IMG/VR virus record: IMGVR_UViG_3300027782_000040 | Reading direction: 5' to 3' (one strand) | From: a virus | Length of the DNA stretch: 64,000 nucleotides | In this document: positions 38,208-48,189 of the stretch, one piece after another | Numbering within the stretch: position 1 is the first letter of the stretch | How the letters are laid out: every line of letters begins with the position of its first letter | The notes under the pieces: model-generated | What the model saw: the letters and a program-made list of their open reading frames with translations, nothing else | Told to the model about the DNA's origin: nothing | The model's database searches: none | Translations under genes and position numbers: made by a program

Positions 38208-38602
38208 TATTCGAAATCAGGATATTTGTTGGATTCACCAAATTTATTTTTATTAATAACTTGTATTCTTGTATTAATATCAGTTAATGAACCAACTTGT
38301 CCGTTATCACCAATTTGTCCTTTACCAAATTCGTCACCATCTGACATAGCATTAGGATTTGTAACACCATATCCATTTTCACCACTATATTTATTGGTTG
38401 CCATAATTTGAATTCTTGTGTTAATATCAGTTAAAGAACCGACAGTACCCGTATCACCAACTTGTCCTTTACCTAATTCATCTCCATCGGAAAGTGCGTT
38501 TTTACTTGTGATACCATAACCATTTTTTTCTGAATATCTATTAATAACAACTTCTTGTGTTCTTAATTTTTCAGCGATAACTTCTAATTGTGTCTTTGCC
38601 AT
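38207..38602 (-). CDS. protein with a tandem ~49 aa duplication
   Basis: Two copies of N-x-YS...GYG...NA-x-SDGDE-x-GKGQ...VGSLTDINTRIQ. Confidence 0.7.
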   Translation of the reverse strand: MAKTQLEVIAEKLRTQEVVINRYSEKNGYGITSKNALSDGDELGKGQVGDTGTVGSLTDINTRIQIMATNKYSGENGYGVTNPNAMSDGDEFGKGQIGDNGQVGSLTDINTRIQVINKNKFGESNKYPDFE

Positions 38603-38603
38603 A

Positions 38604-39098
38604 TTATAACATTAATTTTTTTATTCTTTGTAATTGTTCAAACAAACCCGATAATTTAATACTTGATATTGAAGATTTATGTGAATTACTTTTCATCATA
38701 TTCAACGGAGGTAAGAAATCTGGTTTTTTTGAATGTTTTTTCAAATGACTATTTTTTCTTTCTCCAGTTATCCCACCAATATCATCAGCCTGTTTTCTTC
38801 CGTCTTTTCTATTACTCACCATATCTCTTTCACCTTGTAGGTATTGTTTGGACCATCTATCCATTAACTCACCACCAGCCAAGTCATACCTAACTCTATC
38901 ACCAATTTTATCAATATTTTGTAAGTCATGTATAATTCTTTTTAACTGTCCGTATTTAACTTTTTTATCCATTAAAAGTTTCTTGGCTCTTTGTACACCA
39001 TGAACATGTGTTCCGTTAAGACCAACGATTGTATGGTTAATCTTATCTAAAATGTTCTGCGGTATATCAAATATCCTATGTTTTAAATCCTTATTCAT
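38604..39098 (-). CDS. hypothetical basic protein
   Basis: 164 aa ORF ending LFEQLQRIKKLML. Confidence 0.7.
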   Translation of the reverse strand: MNKDLKHRIFDIPQNILDKINHTIVGLNGTHVHGVQRAKKLLMDKKVKYGQLKRIIHDLQNIDKIGDRVRYDLAGGELMDRWSKQYLQGERDMVSNRKDGRKQADDIGGITGERKNSHLKKHSKKPDFLPPLNMMKSNSHKSSISSIKLSGLFEQLQRIKKLML

Positions 39099-39883
39099 TA
39101 TTTTTTCAAATTAACTTCGACGTCAGATAAATATTTTACAATTGTTTCCATTGATAAATTATGATTATCCATACTATTTTTTAATGAATTAAGTTGTCTT
39201 TTAATAATTGGATGTATCTCTTTTGGTTCAACTTCTTCCTTTTCCTTTTCTAAAACATCATTATCTTTACTTCTACCTTTAAGAATACTCTCAATATATT
39301 CCTCCATATACTTCTTTGGGTTCTCAACTAATCTAACTTTATCGTCAGGTAAATTTTCGTCATATCCCATTTGATCCATTCTATCTTTAGTTTCTTCACT
39401 ATCCAAACCTAAATCTTTTTCAAAATATTCTTCAGCCTCTTCGTAATCTGCGTCATTTCCCATTGTAGCGTCAAATCCAAGAGCATCTTTCATTGCAATT
39501 TCAATTAGTTCTCCTTTGGTTAATTTACCCTCTCCCCAAAACTTTGTGTAGTTTTGAACCTTGGTCATACCATAATTACCCATCATACCTTTACCCGTTC
39601 TCACCACTTCGTCACTTGTTGAATCGGAACTAACACCTTTAGCATCTAAATCCGAAGGTTTTTTACTTGTTAAGATATTACCATTTTTATCTATAATCTC
39701 ATCCACTTCTTCTTCTTTCTCTACCTTATCAGGTATTTTACTATAATCCGTCTTATCAGAAAACTCTTTGGCCCATTTGGACCACTTCTTATTTTTACCC
39801 CCTTTGGCTTTTGCATAGAAGAATCTTTGTTGTGCTTTTGATGCAAATTTCTCCTCAATTACCTGTTTTATAAAATTATTCAT
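39098..39883 (-). CDS. hypothetical protein, probably head-internal
   Basis: Leader MNNFIKQVIEE followed by a KFASKAQQRFFYA module. Confidence 0.7.
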   Translation of the reverse strand: MNNFIKQVIEEKFASKAQQRFFYAKAKGGKNKKWSKWAKEFSDKTDYSKIPDKVEKEEEVDEIIDKNGNILTSKKPSDLDAKGVSSDSTSDEVVRTGKGMMGNYGMTKVQNYTKFWGEGKLTKGELIEIAMKDALGFDATMGNDADYEEAEEYFEKDLGLDSEETKDRMDQMGYDENLPDDKVRLVENPKKYMEEYIESILKGRSKDNDVLEKEKEEVEPKEIHPIIKRQLNSLKNSMDNHNLSMETIVKYLSDVEVNLKK

Positions 39884-39936
39884 CTAAATGGACTTTTATA
39901 TAAATATCAAATGTTATGAAAGATATTTATATAAAC

Positions 39937-42807
39937 ATGGCTAATCAGAATATTTTAAGATTTTACGGTTCCAAACTCGATTTGAAGGTAGATTATTCCG
40001 AATTATATGACTATGAACTATCAAAAGTTCAAATGGATTATAATGAAGAGGTCTTAGATTTCGATACGGAAATAACATATACAGGACTAACAATAGATTC
40101 TTCTTGTTTAACAGGACTAACTTCACCTTGGGAAGTAGAGGTAAATAAACCATACACTGGCGGTACCTGTGATTTTACTGTTCGTAGAAGAACAGAGAAG
40201 GGTTGGACATTAGATTTAGTTTTCGATAGATTAGTAACTGGATCGACATTTTACTATTTAGGAATTAAAGATGATTTAGCCAATGGGAATTACGCGGATA
40301 ATAATTTAACATTCTCATTTACCAATAATAAAAAAATAAAATGGGAATCTTACCATTATTCGGGGTCGTGTAATCCAGATAGCGGGTACACGGAGTCATA
40401 TTACACATTAACAGGTAATACTCCTGAATTGTGTGCGAATGGAATATATGACGATTTTAATATTACAATCACATTTGATAGATACACATATCTTTATGAT
40501 TGTGAGATTGAGAATGAGGGAGGATTTAATGATTTAATATTAGGTCCGCACGCGGTTAGTTATACTGATGAATTATGGGCTCCGACGACTGGAGATACTG
40601 GTAGTTTCTTTTCGGGTTCATTTATAGGACATTCAACACAAATCACCACAGGATACACAATGACTACAGGTTCATTAAATTGGATTACGGGTGATACTGA
40701 ATATAGTTATGTTGAAGAATTAAATAAGAAATGGGCCAGCGAAAAACAAAAAAGATTAGGAACACTTAAAATTTATCATAACGGTAAAAGAATATATAAA
40801 TTAGAAAACTTTGAGGAAATAATTCCATCATTAAGGTCTTCTGAAAATGAAATCGTACAAATTTTTGGTAGTAATGGTCTTAATGGTGTTTTAAAACAAG
40901 TTAAGTATTTTGAAGAACCGTTGGATTTTGTTCATGTTAATCATCATTATTTAACATCAATTAAACCAAATTATTCAATATATGGTTGTTCAGATGTTTT
41001 ACCAAGTCCTACACCAACACCAACTCCGAGTATTACTCCAACTAAAACGGTAACACCGACCCCAACACCTACACAGACAGGAACACCAACACCAACACCA
41101 ACACCTAGTATCACACCAACCAATACTGTAACGCCAACCAATACACCAACTATAACCCCATCACCTACACAGGCACCAGTATTTGAAACAGGGTTATTTA
41201 ATTTTGATTTTGATTATATGTTATGTGAATATTTCTTTAGTGATGGTTCTGATATGGATACTATGACTTATGTATCTAATCCATTAATAATGAATAATGA
41301 CTTTACCAATGGTTTACCTGGTGATTATGTTGGAACATGTGCATCATCGTCTAATGGACCGTCTAATGGAAATTGGATTGATCCATTTTTACTTTATGGT
41401 GGTGATAATTTAGGAACAGGAACTGAGGCAATTTTATTTGATTTAAATAAATTTAAAACACAGTATCCCTCCACAACAGATTTAGAATTAACGTTTACGG
41501 CAACATGGTACGGTTCAAAAGGATTTATACCTGTTATTATGAAATCAACAATGTGGAAAGGAGGAACACCGATTCAAGATGGTTACACATTTATTAATAC
41601 AGGTGCCACTCAAACAAAATTAGTTAAATCTAACGGTACAATTATAACAAGTAATACACAAAATTGCGAGGCATTTGAAATTGTTGATAAATTTGAATTT
41701 AATATATCATCCAAAAATGGTTACTTCTTAAATGGTAATCAAACTCCAACACCAACACCTACACCAACAAATACTGAAACTCCTACCTCAACGCCAACAC
41801 CTACGGTTACACCTACCAATACACCAACACCAACAGGAAGTGAAACTCCAACACCAACACCTACTGTTACTGAAACTCCAACTAATACACCAACACCTAC
41901 TGTTACTGAAACCCCTACTAATACCCCAACACCTACGGTTACGCCTACCAATACACCAACACCAACAGGAAGTGAAACTCCAACACCTACACCAACAAAT
42001 ACGGTTACACCTACGGAGACACCTACAAATACACCAACACCAACTATAACGCCAACAAACACGGTAACACCTACTCCAACTATATTGAGTACATATACTA
42101 ACACCGCAGAGATTTTTTACGACGCTGCAAATGCTTTGTCATACTCTGGTGGTACAACATTAACAAATATTGGTACATTGGGAAATGTTAGTGGAACGTT
42201 AGGTACTATAAGTGGTGTAACATTTGAAAGTGGAATTGCTCGTGGAGTATTTAATTTTAGTGGAAACACTTTTGCAAACTTAAGAAATAAAATTACATTT
42301 GACACATTTGATTTTGGAAATGAAATGACAACTACAGCTTGGATTTATCCTCGTGATTACGAACATAACGATTATTTCATTACATTAATGTCAAATGCTG
42401 TACAAAATTCATCTAGCCCTGGATTTAAAATGGTGTGGAGACTTAATTATAATGATATTAACGCCTATTCTAATCAAATGTTGTTTGAAAATGCGGGTGC
42501 AAGCGGTGGTTCAACACGTTTTACAAGTAGCCAACCAATAATAGGAAATACTTGGCAACATATTGCATATAAGTTTGATAAGACCAATAGAAAAATTAGT
42601 TTTTACCATAATGGTATTCTTTTAGGTGCTGAACAGATTACATCTGTTGGTGTTATAACAAACCAACCTTGGGTTATTGGGTCATTTATTGATGATGCGT
42701 TCTTTATGAATGCTAATTTAGGTGAATTTAGAGTATATAAAACATTGAGAAGTGATTCCAATATTTCAGACGAATATAATAACACCAAGTCAAGATACGG
42801 TTTATAA
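39937..42807 (+). CDS. large virion surface protein with Pro-Thr repeats and a C-terminal LamG/ConA-like domain
   Basis: Two (TP)n tracts; C-terminal WIYP...WQHI...YHNG...IG...FRVY. Likely start at 39937. Confidence 0.75.
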   Translation: MANQNILRFYGSKLDLKVDYSELYDYELSKVQMDYNEEVLDFDTEITYTGLTIDSSCLTGLTSPWEVEVNKPYTGGTCDFTVRRRTEKGWTLDLVFDRLVTGSTFYYLGIKDDLANGNYADNNLTFSFTNNKKIKWESYHYSGSCNPDSGYTESYYTLTGNTPELCANGIYDDFNITITFDRYTYLYDCEIENEGGFNDLILGPHAVSYTDELWAPTTGDTGSFFSGSFIGHSTQITTGYTMTTGSLNWITGDTEYSYVEELNKKWASEKQKRLGTLKIYHNGKRIYKLENFEEIIPSLRSSENEIVQIFGSNGLNGVLKQVKYFEEPLDFVHVNHHYLTSIKPNYSIYGCSDVLPSPTPTPTPSITPTKTVTPTPTPTQTGTPTPTPTPSITPTNTVTPTNTPTITPSPTQAPVFETGLFNFDFDYMLCEYFFSDGSDMDTMTYVSNPLIMNNDFTNGLPGDYVGTCASSSNGPSNGNWIDPFLLYGGDNLGTGTEAILFDLNKFKTQYPSTTDLELTFTATWYGSKGFIPVIMKSTMWKGGTPIQDGYTFINTGATQTKLVKSNGTIITSNTQNCEAFEIVDKFEFNISSKNGYFLNGNQTPTPTPTPTNTETPTSTPTPTVTPTNTPTPTGSETPTPTPTVTETPTNTPTPTVTETPTNTPTPTVTPTNTPTPTGSETPTPTPTNTVTPTETPTNTPTPTITPTNTVTPTPTILSTYTNTAEIFYDAANALSYSGGTTLTNIGTLGNVSGTLGTISGVTFESGIARGVFNFSGNTFANLRNKITFDTFDFGNEMTTTAWIYPRDYEHNDYFITLMSNAVQNSSSPGFKMVWRLNYNDINAYSNQMLFENAGASGGSTRFTSSQPIIGNTWQHIAYKFDKTNRKISFYHNGILLGAEQITSVGVITNQPWVIGSFIDDAFFMNANLGEFRVYKTLRSDSNISDEYNNTKSRYGL
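41743..42081 (+). repeat. Pro-Thr-coding tandem repeat tract
   Basis: Repeated ACACCAACACC units; the block encoding [20 protein letters not shown] occurs twice. Confidence 0.8.
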
Positions 42808-42829
42808 TAAAAATATATATTTATAACAT

Positions 42830-43183
42830 ATGGAATTCTTTATAAGACAAGGGGCATCTGACCCAATATTAAAATTGAGGATGATTGATGATGGTAAAAA
42901 CGACAAATCATCATTTAACGATTTATTGGAAAATGCAACAATCACATTTGACATGTTTGATGTTAGTACCGGTGAACCCGTGTTATTAAATGAAACTTGT
43001 AATATCACAACAAGAACAAAACTATATAACCAAACGACTGATGAATATTATATCATTTATAGATTTACCGAAGAACAGACATCTGAAATAGGTAAATTTG
43101 AAGGAAAGGTAAATGTGTCGTTTGATAATGGTAATAAACTTATATTACCTGTTAAAGAAAAACTTTACATTAATATTTTTTAA
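42830..43183 (+). CDS. BppU-like/Ig-fold adaptor protein
   Basis: FFIRQG...L...L-x-NATITF-x-M...Y-x-F...G-x-F-x-G...LILP pattern. Confidence 0.55.
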   Translation: MEFFIRQGASDPILKLRMIDDGKNDKSSFNDLLENATITFDMFDVSTGEPVLLNETCNITTRTKLYNQTTDEYYIIYRFTEEQTSEIGKFEGKVNVSFDNGNKLILPVKEKLYINIF

Positions 43184-43232
43184 TTTCATTTCATTAGTAG
43201 AATTTATACTATTTATGATAAACAAAAAATAG

Positions 43233-44303
43233 ATGCCATCAACAAATCATTTTAAATTCGGAGCCTCAGGAATAAGTTCAGCAACTAGAGGCGGTTTTAG
43301 TGTTGGAGTAAAAGAAGGGGCCGATTACGGACCAACATCAACAACAGGTTTTTGGAACGGAGTAACTCCACCAGTAAGTGGATACACCATTTACGTAGAT
43401 AAAGCTTCACAAGGTCCTAGTATACACGTTGCGTCTAACAATTCACAATGTATTGGTATGTTATTGGCGATGGGTGCCACAGGTAGTACAATAGAAAATG
43501 TATTGGCGTGGGCTGATGGTCAAGCAAATATGGTAGTTTTAAGTGAAGAATTAGTTATAGGTGATTTACCAGGTGCGGGACCAAGTATTGTAACATCAGG
43601 TTTAGTATTAAACTTGGATGCTGGAAATGTTTCTTCATATTCCGGAACTGGAACAGTTTGGAATGACTTAAGTGGAAATGGATATACAGCTACAATGACT
43701 AGTTCTAACCCAACATTTGTAAGTAACGGTGCAGCTAGTTACTTTAACTTATCTAATAACAATAAATACATATACAACCACGATACAAGTGTACAAGGAT
43801 TTACATTTGCAACTAATACTGGAATACCACAAACTAATGGTTTCACAATTGAATTTATGTATTATATATCATCTTACAACTTTGGGAATGGACAAAATTC
43901 TATATTCTTAAATTCAGGTACAGGTGATGGTTATAGATTTGGTATTCTTAATGATGATTCTTTATACTTTATGATTGGAGATGGTAGTGGAACTGATAAT
44001 GCAACTGTAGGTAACGGAAGTGTAACTGTTGGAGCATGGTATCATATTGTTGGAGTATTTGATAGAACGAACGCATTAGGTGGAGGTGTTAATATATATG
44101 CATATTCAAACGGTATATCAAAAGGATCAACGGGTATTTCGCCACGTTCAGGAATGTCATTAGCAGCACCTAACATATCTTATGATGGTTGTTGTTCAGC
44201 ATTTGACGGACGATTAAATACATTAAGAGTTTATAATCGAGCATTAAATTCAACTGAAGTCACTCAAAACTTTAACACTGTAAAATCAAGATTTGGATTA
44301 TAA
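43233..44303 (+). CDS. putative fibre/receptor-binding protein with a LamG domain
   Basis: IVTSGLVLNLDAGN-x-x-SY-x-G-x-G-x-x-W-x-DLSGNG, WYHIVG and RVYNRAL motifs. Confidence 0.75.
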   Translation: MPSTNHFKFGASGISSATRGGFSVGVKEGADYGPTSTTGFWNGVTPPVSGYTIYVDKASQGPSIHVASNNSQCIGMLLAMGATGSTIENVLAWADGQANMVVLSEELVIGDLPGAGPSIVTSGLVLNLDAGNVSSYSGTGTVWNDLSGNGYTATMTSSNPTFVSNGAASYFNLSNNNKYIYNHDTSVQGFTFATNTGIPQTNGFTIEFMYYISSYNFGNGQNSIFLNSGTGDGYRFGILNDDSLYFMIGDGSGTDNATVGNGSVTVGAWYHIVGVFDRTNALGGGVNIYAYSNGISKGSTGISPRSGMSLAAPNISYDGCCSAFDGRLNTLRVYNRALNSTEVTQNFNTVKSRFGL

Positions 44304-44320
44304 AATAAAACAAAAAATAT

Positions 44321-45148
44321 ATGTCACAACCAAGTACAAATCATTTTAAATTCGGAGCATCCGGAATAAGTTCAGCCACAAGAGGTGGCTTCAGCGTTGG
44401 AGTAAAGGAGGGTGCCGATTATGGCCCAACCTCATCAACAGGTTTTTGGAACGGAGTAAAACCACCAGTAGGTGGATACACCATTTACGTAGATAAAGCA
44501 TCACAAGGTCCAAGTATTCATGTGGCATCTAACAATGCTCAATGTATTGGTATGTTATTAGCAATTGGTGCTACAGGTAGTACAATAGAAAATGTATTGG
44601 CGTGGGCTGATGGTCAAGCAAATATGGCAGTTTTAAGTGCAGAATTAACTCTTGGTGATTTACCAGGTGCTCCAGTAACTTATACTATAGGTCAAGCAGC
44701 CTTAGGTGGTATAATCGCTTATATTGATGGTGGTGGTTCTACAGGTACATCAGGATTAGTTGCTACAGTTGCAGATGTTTCTTCAGGTAATGCATCATGG
44801 GGATGTATTGGAACGGCGATATCGGGTGCAGATGGTACCGCTATAGGAACTGGAAATCAAAATACAATAGATATAATGGCTGGATGTGCTACCGCAGGAA
44901 TTGCAGCTAGAATTTGTGGAGATTTAACACAAAGTGGATATTCTGATTGGTATTTACCAAGTAAAGATGAGTTAAATGCATTATATACAAACAAAGCTTC
45001 TATTGGAGGTTTTGCGAATGACGCCTATTGGTCTTCTACGGAATATCACATTGCATCTGCAGCATATTACCAAGATTTCACTAATGGTTTTGTAACTGCA
45101 ACACCTAAGAACTCTGATTTATATGTACGTGCAGTGAGAAGCTTCTAA
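44321..45148 (+). CDS. putative fibre protein with a DUF1566/C-type lectin-like C-terminus
   Basis: GYSDWYLPSKDEL...YWSSTE...VRAVRSF; N-terminal ~115 aa nearly identical to the upstream gene. Confidence 0.75.
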   Translation: MSQPSTNHFKFGASGISSATRGGFSVGVKEGADYGPTSSTGFWNGVKPPVGGYTIYVDKASQGPSIHVASNNAQCIGMLLAIGATGSTIENVLAWADGQANMAVLSAELTLGDLPGAPVTYTIGQAALGGIIAYIDGGGSTGTSGLVATVADVSSGNASWGCIGTAISGADGTAIGTGNQNTIDIMAGCATAGIAARICGDLTQSGYSDWYLPSKDELNALYTNKASIGGFANDAYWSSTEYHIASAAYYQDFTNGFVTATPKNSDLYVRAVRSF

Positions 45149-45168
45149 ACGTAAAACAAATAATTCAC

Positions 45169-45199
45169 AAGGAGGACCCAAAAAGTCCTCCTTTTTTTT
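45169..45199 (+). terminator. Rho-independent terminator
   Basis: AAGGAGGAC-CCAAAAA-GTCCTCCTT stem followed by a T run. Confidence 0.8.
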
Positions 45200-45291
45200 A
45201 TTACCGATTTTTTTATGTATATTTATTAATGTAAACAAGGCAAACTGTGGTTATCCACAAGCTAATACGTCACATTAAAAAAATATAAAAC

Positions 45292-48189
45292 ATGAAAGAG
45301 GTTATCTCTCAGGAAGTTATTGAAGGCTTCCTCAATGGTGGTGACGACGAAATGTATATCGTCGGAGTTGAATATGACTACCCAACCAATACAATTTGGA
45401 AAATTATCCAAGACCCAATTGAAGGAAAAATTATTAAATCTGATACATTTACACCGTTTATATGGGTGGGTGATTTAACAGGATTAAATTTCTATAACAA
45501 CTCAAAGGCCATGCAAAAGAAACGTATGGGTGAGTTTGGAATATTAATTGAGAAGTTAGATACTCACGGCAACGAACGTTTAGAAAATGGTATGACCCAT
45601 ATCGTTAAGAGTATTAAATCATATACGGATTTAGTATCGTTCTTTAGAATGGGCGGATTAAATCCATGGGACGAAAAAGTAAGACATCATTTTACTGTAT
45701 TAAACCCTGTTGAACAATATCTTATACAAAAGAAAAAAAGATTATTTAAAGGTATTGATGAGTATAGTGGTGTTAATAGATTTGTATTTGATATTGAGAC
45801 CACTGGTCTTGACCCTGAAACTTGTGTTATTATATTAATAGGGGTTAAAGATAATCGTGGTATGAATGAAACCATTGCTGCATTTGGTGAAGATGGGGAA
45901 AAGAAATGTATTGAAAGATTTTTCAAATATATTAAAGATTTAAAACCAACCATTGTTGCAGGTTATAACTCCGCGTTCTTTGACTGGCCATTTATATTAA
46001 AACGTGCAGAAATACTTGGTGTTGACGTTAATGGTCTTACACAAATATTCACAACGCAAGGAATGAAAGAGAAAGAAGGAATGTTAAAACTTGCAAATGA
46101 AATTGAACCATATAAACAACACGTTATATGGGGATTCAATATTATTGATATTGCACATTCCGTAAGACGTGCTCAGGCAATCAACTCTGAAATTAAAAGT
46201 TGGGGGTTGAAATATATTACCACATATTTGGAGAAAGAAAAACCTAATCGGGTTTATGTGGATGGTGCAAAGATTTCCAAAATATATCTTGATAACGAAA
46301 GTTATTATGTAAATCCAAAGACAGGAAATTATAAACAAATTGGAGAACCTGGTACAGAAAATTTAACACAGAAATATCCTGGTAAATTTGAGATATGGAC
46401 AGGAAGAAAAATTGTAGAACAATATCTTGATGATGACTTGTACGAGACCATGGTTGTAGATGATTCATTTTCTCAATCAACATTCTTATTATCAAAACTC
46501 GTACCTACCACGTATGAAAGAATTGCAACAATGGGAACTGCAACACTATGGAAAATTATTATGTTAGCATGGTCTTATGAAAACAATTTAGCAATACCAG
46601 CAAAAGACGAGAAACGTGCAATCACTGGTGGTTTATCAAGATTACTTAACGTAGGTTATTCAAAGAATATTGTTAAGTTTGACTATGCATCACTCTATCC
46701 ATCTATTCAACTTGTATATGATGTGTTTCCTGATTGTGATGTGATGGGTGTTCAGAAATCAATGTTAAAATATTTCCGTGATATTCGTATCAAATATAAA
46801 TTACTTGCCGGTGAATTAAAAAATAGTGATCCAGTTCTTGCTGAAATGTATGATAGAAAACAATTACCAATTAAGATTTTTATCAATGCGTATTTCGGTA
46901 GTTTATCCGCACCACAAGTATTCCCTTGGGGGGATATGAATATGGGTGAAACCATTACCTGTGTTGGTCGTCAGTGTTTAAGAATGATGATTATGTTTTA
47001 TATGAAGAAAGGTTATAAACCTCTCGTAATGGACACGGATGGTGTAAACTTTGAAACACCACCGAATATTGATGATACGGTTTATATTGGTAAAGGATTA
47101 AATGAAATGGTTACATTAGGAAAAGAATATAAAGGTATTGAAGCGGATACTGCAGAGTTCAATGATATCTTTATGAGAAATGAAATGGGATTAGATATTG
47201 ATTATGTTGCACCATCATGTATTAATGTTTCTCGTAAGAACTATATCATTAAGATGATGAAGAAAGGAAAAGAGAAAATTAAATTAACAGGTAATACAAT
47301 TAAATCAAAAAAATTACAAACATATATTGTAGAGTTTTTAGATGAAGGATTAAAGTATTTGTTAAATGGTGATGGATTATCTTTTGTGGAATTATATTAT
47401 GAATTTGTAAGTAAAATTTATAATAAAGAAATTCCGTTATCAAAAATTGCAAATAAAGCTCGTGTTAAACAATCTATTAATGATTATAGAAAGTATGTTC
47501 AGAAGACAACTAAAGCTGGTTCATTAATGTCTCGTCAAGCACATATGGAATTAATTATGAGAAGTGATTATCCGGCAGGATTAGGAGACACAATCTATTA
47601 TATAAACAATGGTACAAAGAAATCATCAGGAGACGTTCAGAAAGTTAGTAGACCAAGTAAGAAAGTTTTAGAAGAATATCTTACAAAACATGGTACACCA
47701 ATGCCAGAAGATTATATTGAAGTGAATTGTTATATGATTGATGAAAAAGAAATATTAAACAATCCTGATTTAAAAGGTGATTATAATGTTCCTCGTTATC
47801 TTAATAATTTTAACAAACGTGTGGAACCATTGTTAGTTGTTTTTCATCCGTCAATTAGAGAAGATATATTAATTGAATCTCCTGACCAAAGACAATTCTT
47901 TACAAAATTACAATGTGAATTAGTTAATGGATTTCCATTAAAAGAAGAAGGTCAAGATAAATTAGATGAAGTAATGACTTTATCGGATAGTGAAGTTTTG
48001 TTTTGGAATCGTGTGGGTAGGGACCCTTACTTTATGTATGTGGAAAATAGTTTAGAACTTGCTGACCCATTTTGGGTGGACCATAATAGAAAAGTAATTT
48101 CGTTCCAAGAACAAAGTACCAAATCCAATGAAGAGGAGATTATTGAAACTAATGGTAATGATTATGCATTACACGCAATAGAAAGTTAG
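45292..48189 (+). CDS. DNA polymerase, family B
   Basis: ExoI FDIETTG, ExoII GYNSAFFDWPFI, motif A DYASLYPS, motif B KIFINAYFG and motif C DTDG. Confidence 0.95.
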   Translation: MKEVISQEVIEGFLNGGDDEMYIVGVEYDYPTNTIWKIIQDPIEGKIIKSDTFTPFIWVGDLTGLNFYNNSKAMQKKRMGEFGILIEKLDTHGNERLENGMTHIVKSIKSYTDLVSFFRMGGLNPWDEKVRHHFTVLNPVEQYLIQKKKRLFKGIDEYSGVNRFVFDIETTGLDPETCVIILIGVKDNRGMNETIAAFGEDGEKKCIERFFKYIKDLKPTIVAGYNSAFFDWPFILKRAEILGVDVNGLTQIFTTQGMKEKEGMLKLANEIEPYKQHVIWGFNIIDIAHSVRRAQAINSEIKSWGLKYITTYLEKEKPNRVYVDGAKISKIYLDNESYYVNPKTGNYKQIGEPGTENLTQKYPGKFEIWTGRKIVEQYLDDDLYETMVVDDSFSQSTFLLSKLVPTTYERIATMGTATLWKIIMLAWSYENNLAIPAKDEKRAITGGLSRLLNVGYSKNIVKFDYASLYPSIQLVYDVFPDCDVMGVQKSMLKYFRDIRIKYKLLAGELKNSDPVLAEMYDRKQLPIKIFINAYFGSLSAPQVFPWGDMNMGETITCVGRQCLRMMIMFYMKKGYKPLVMDTDGVNFETPPNIDDTVYIGKGLNEMVTLGKEYKGIEADTAEFNDIFMRNEMGLDIDYVAPSCINVSRKNYIIKMMKKGKEKIKLTGNTIKSKKLQTYIVEFLDEGLKYLLNGDGLSFVELYYEFVSKIYNKEIPLSKIANKARVKQSINDYRKYVQKTTKAGSLMSRQAHMELIMRSDYPAGLGDTIYYINNGTKKSSGDVQKVSRPSKKVLEEYLTKHGTPMPEDYIEVNCYMIDEKEILNNPDLKGDYNVPRYLNNFNKRVEPLLVVFHPSIREDILIESPDQRQFFTKLQCELVNGFPLKEEGQDKLDEVMTLSDSEVLFWNRVGRDPYFMYVENSLELADPFWVDHNRKVISFQEQSTKSNEEEIIETNGNDYALHAIES

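Noticed and set aside
41732-42104. His/Gln/Leu-rich and Val/Gly-rich ORFs
   Set aside because: Shadow frames of the Pro-Thr repeat.
45237-45275. GGCAAAC plus hairpin resembling a c-di-GMP-I riboswitch
   Set aside because: Lacks the GNRA loop, the GACGCAAAGC segment and the second stem.
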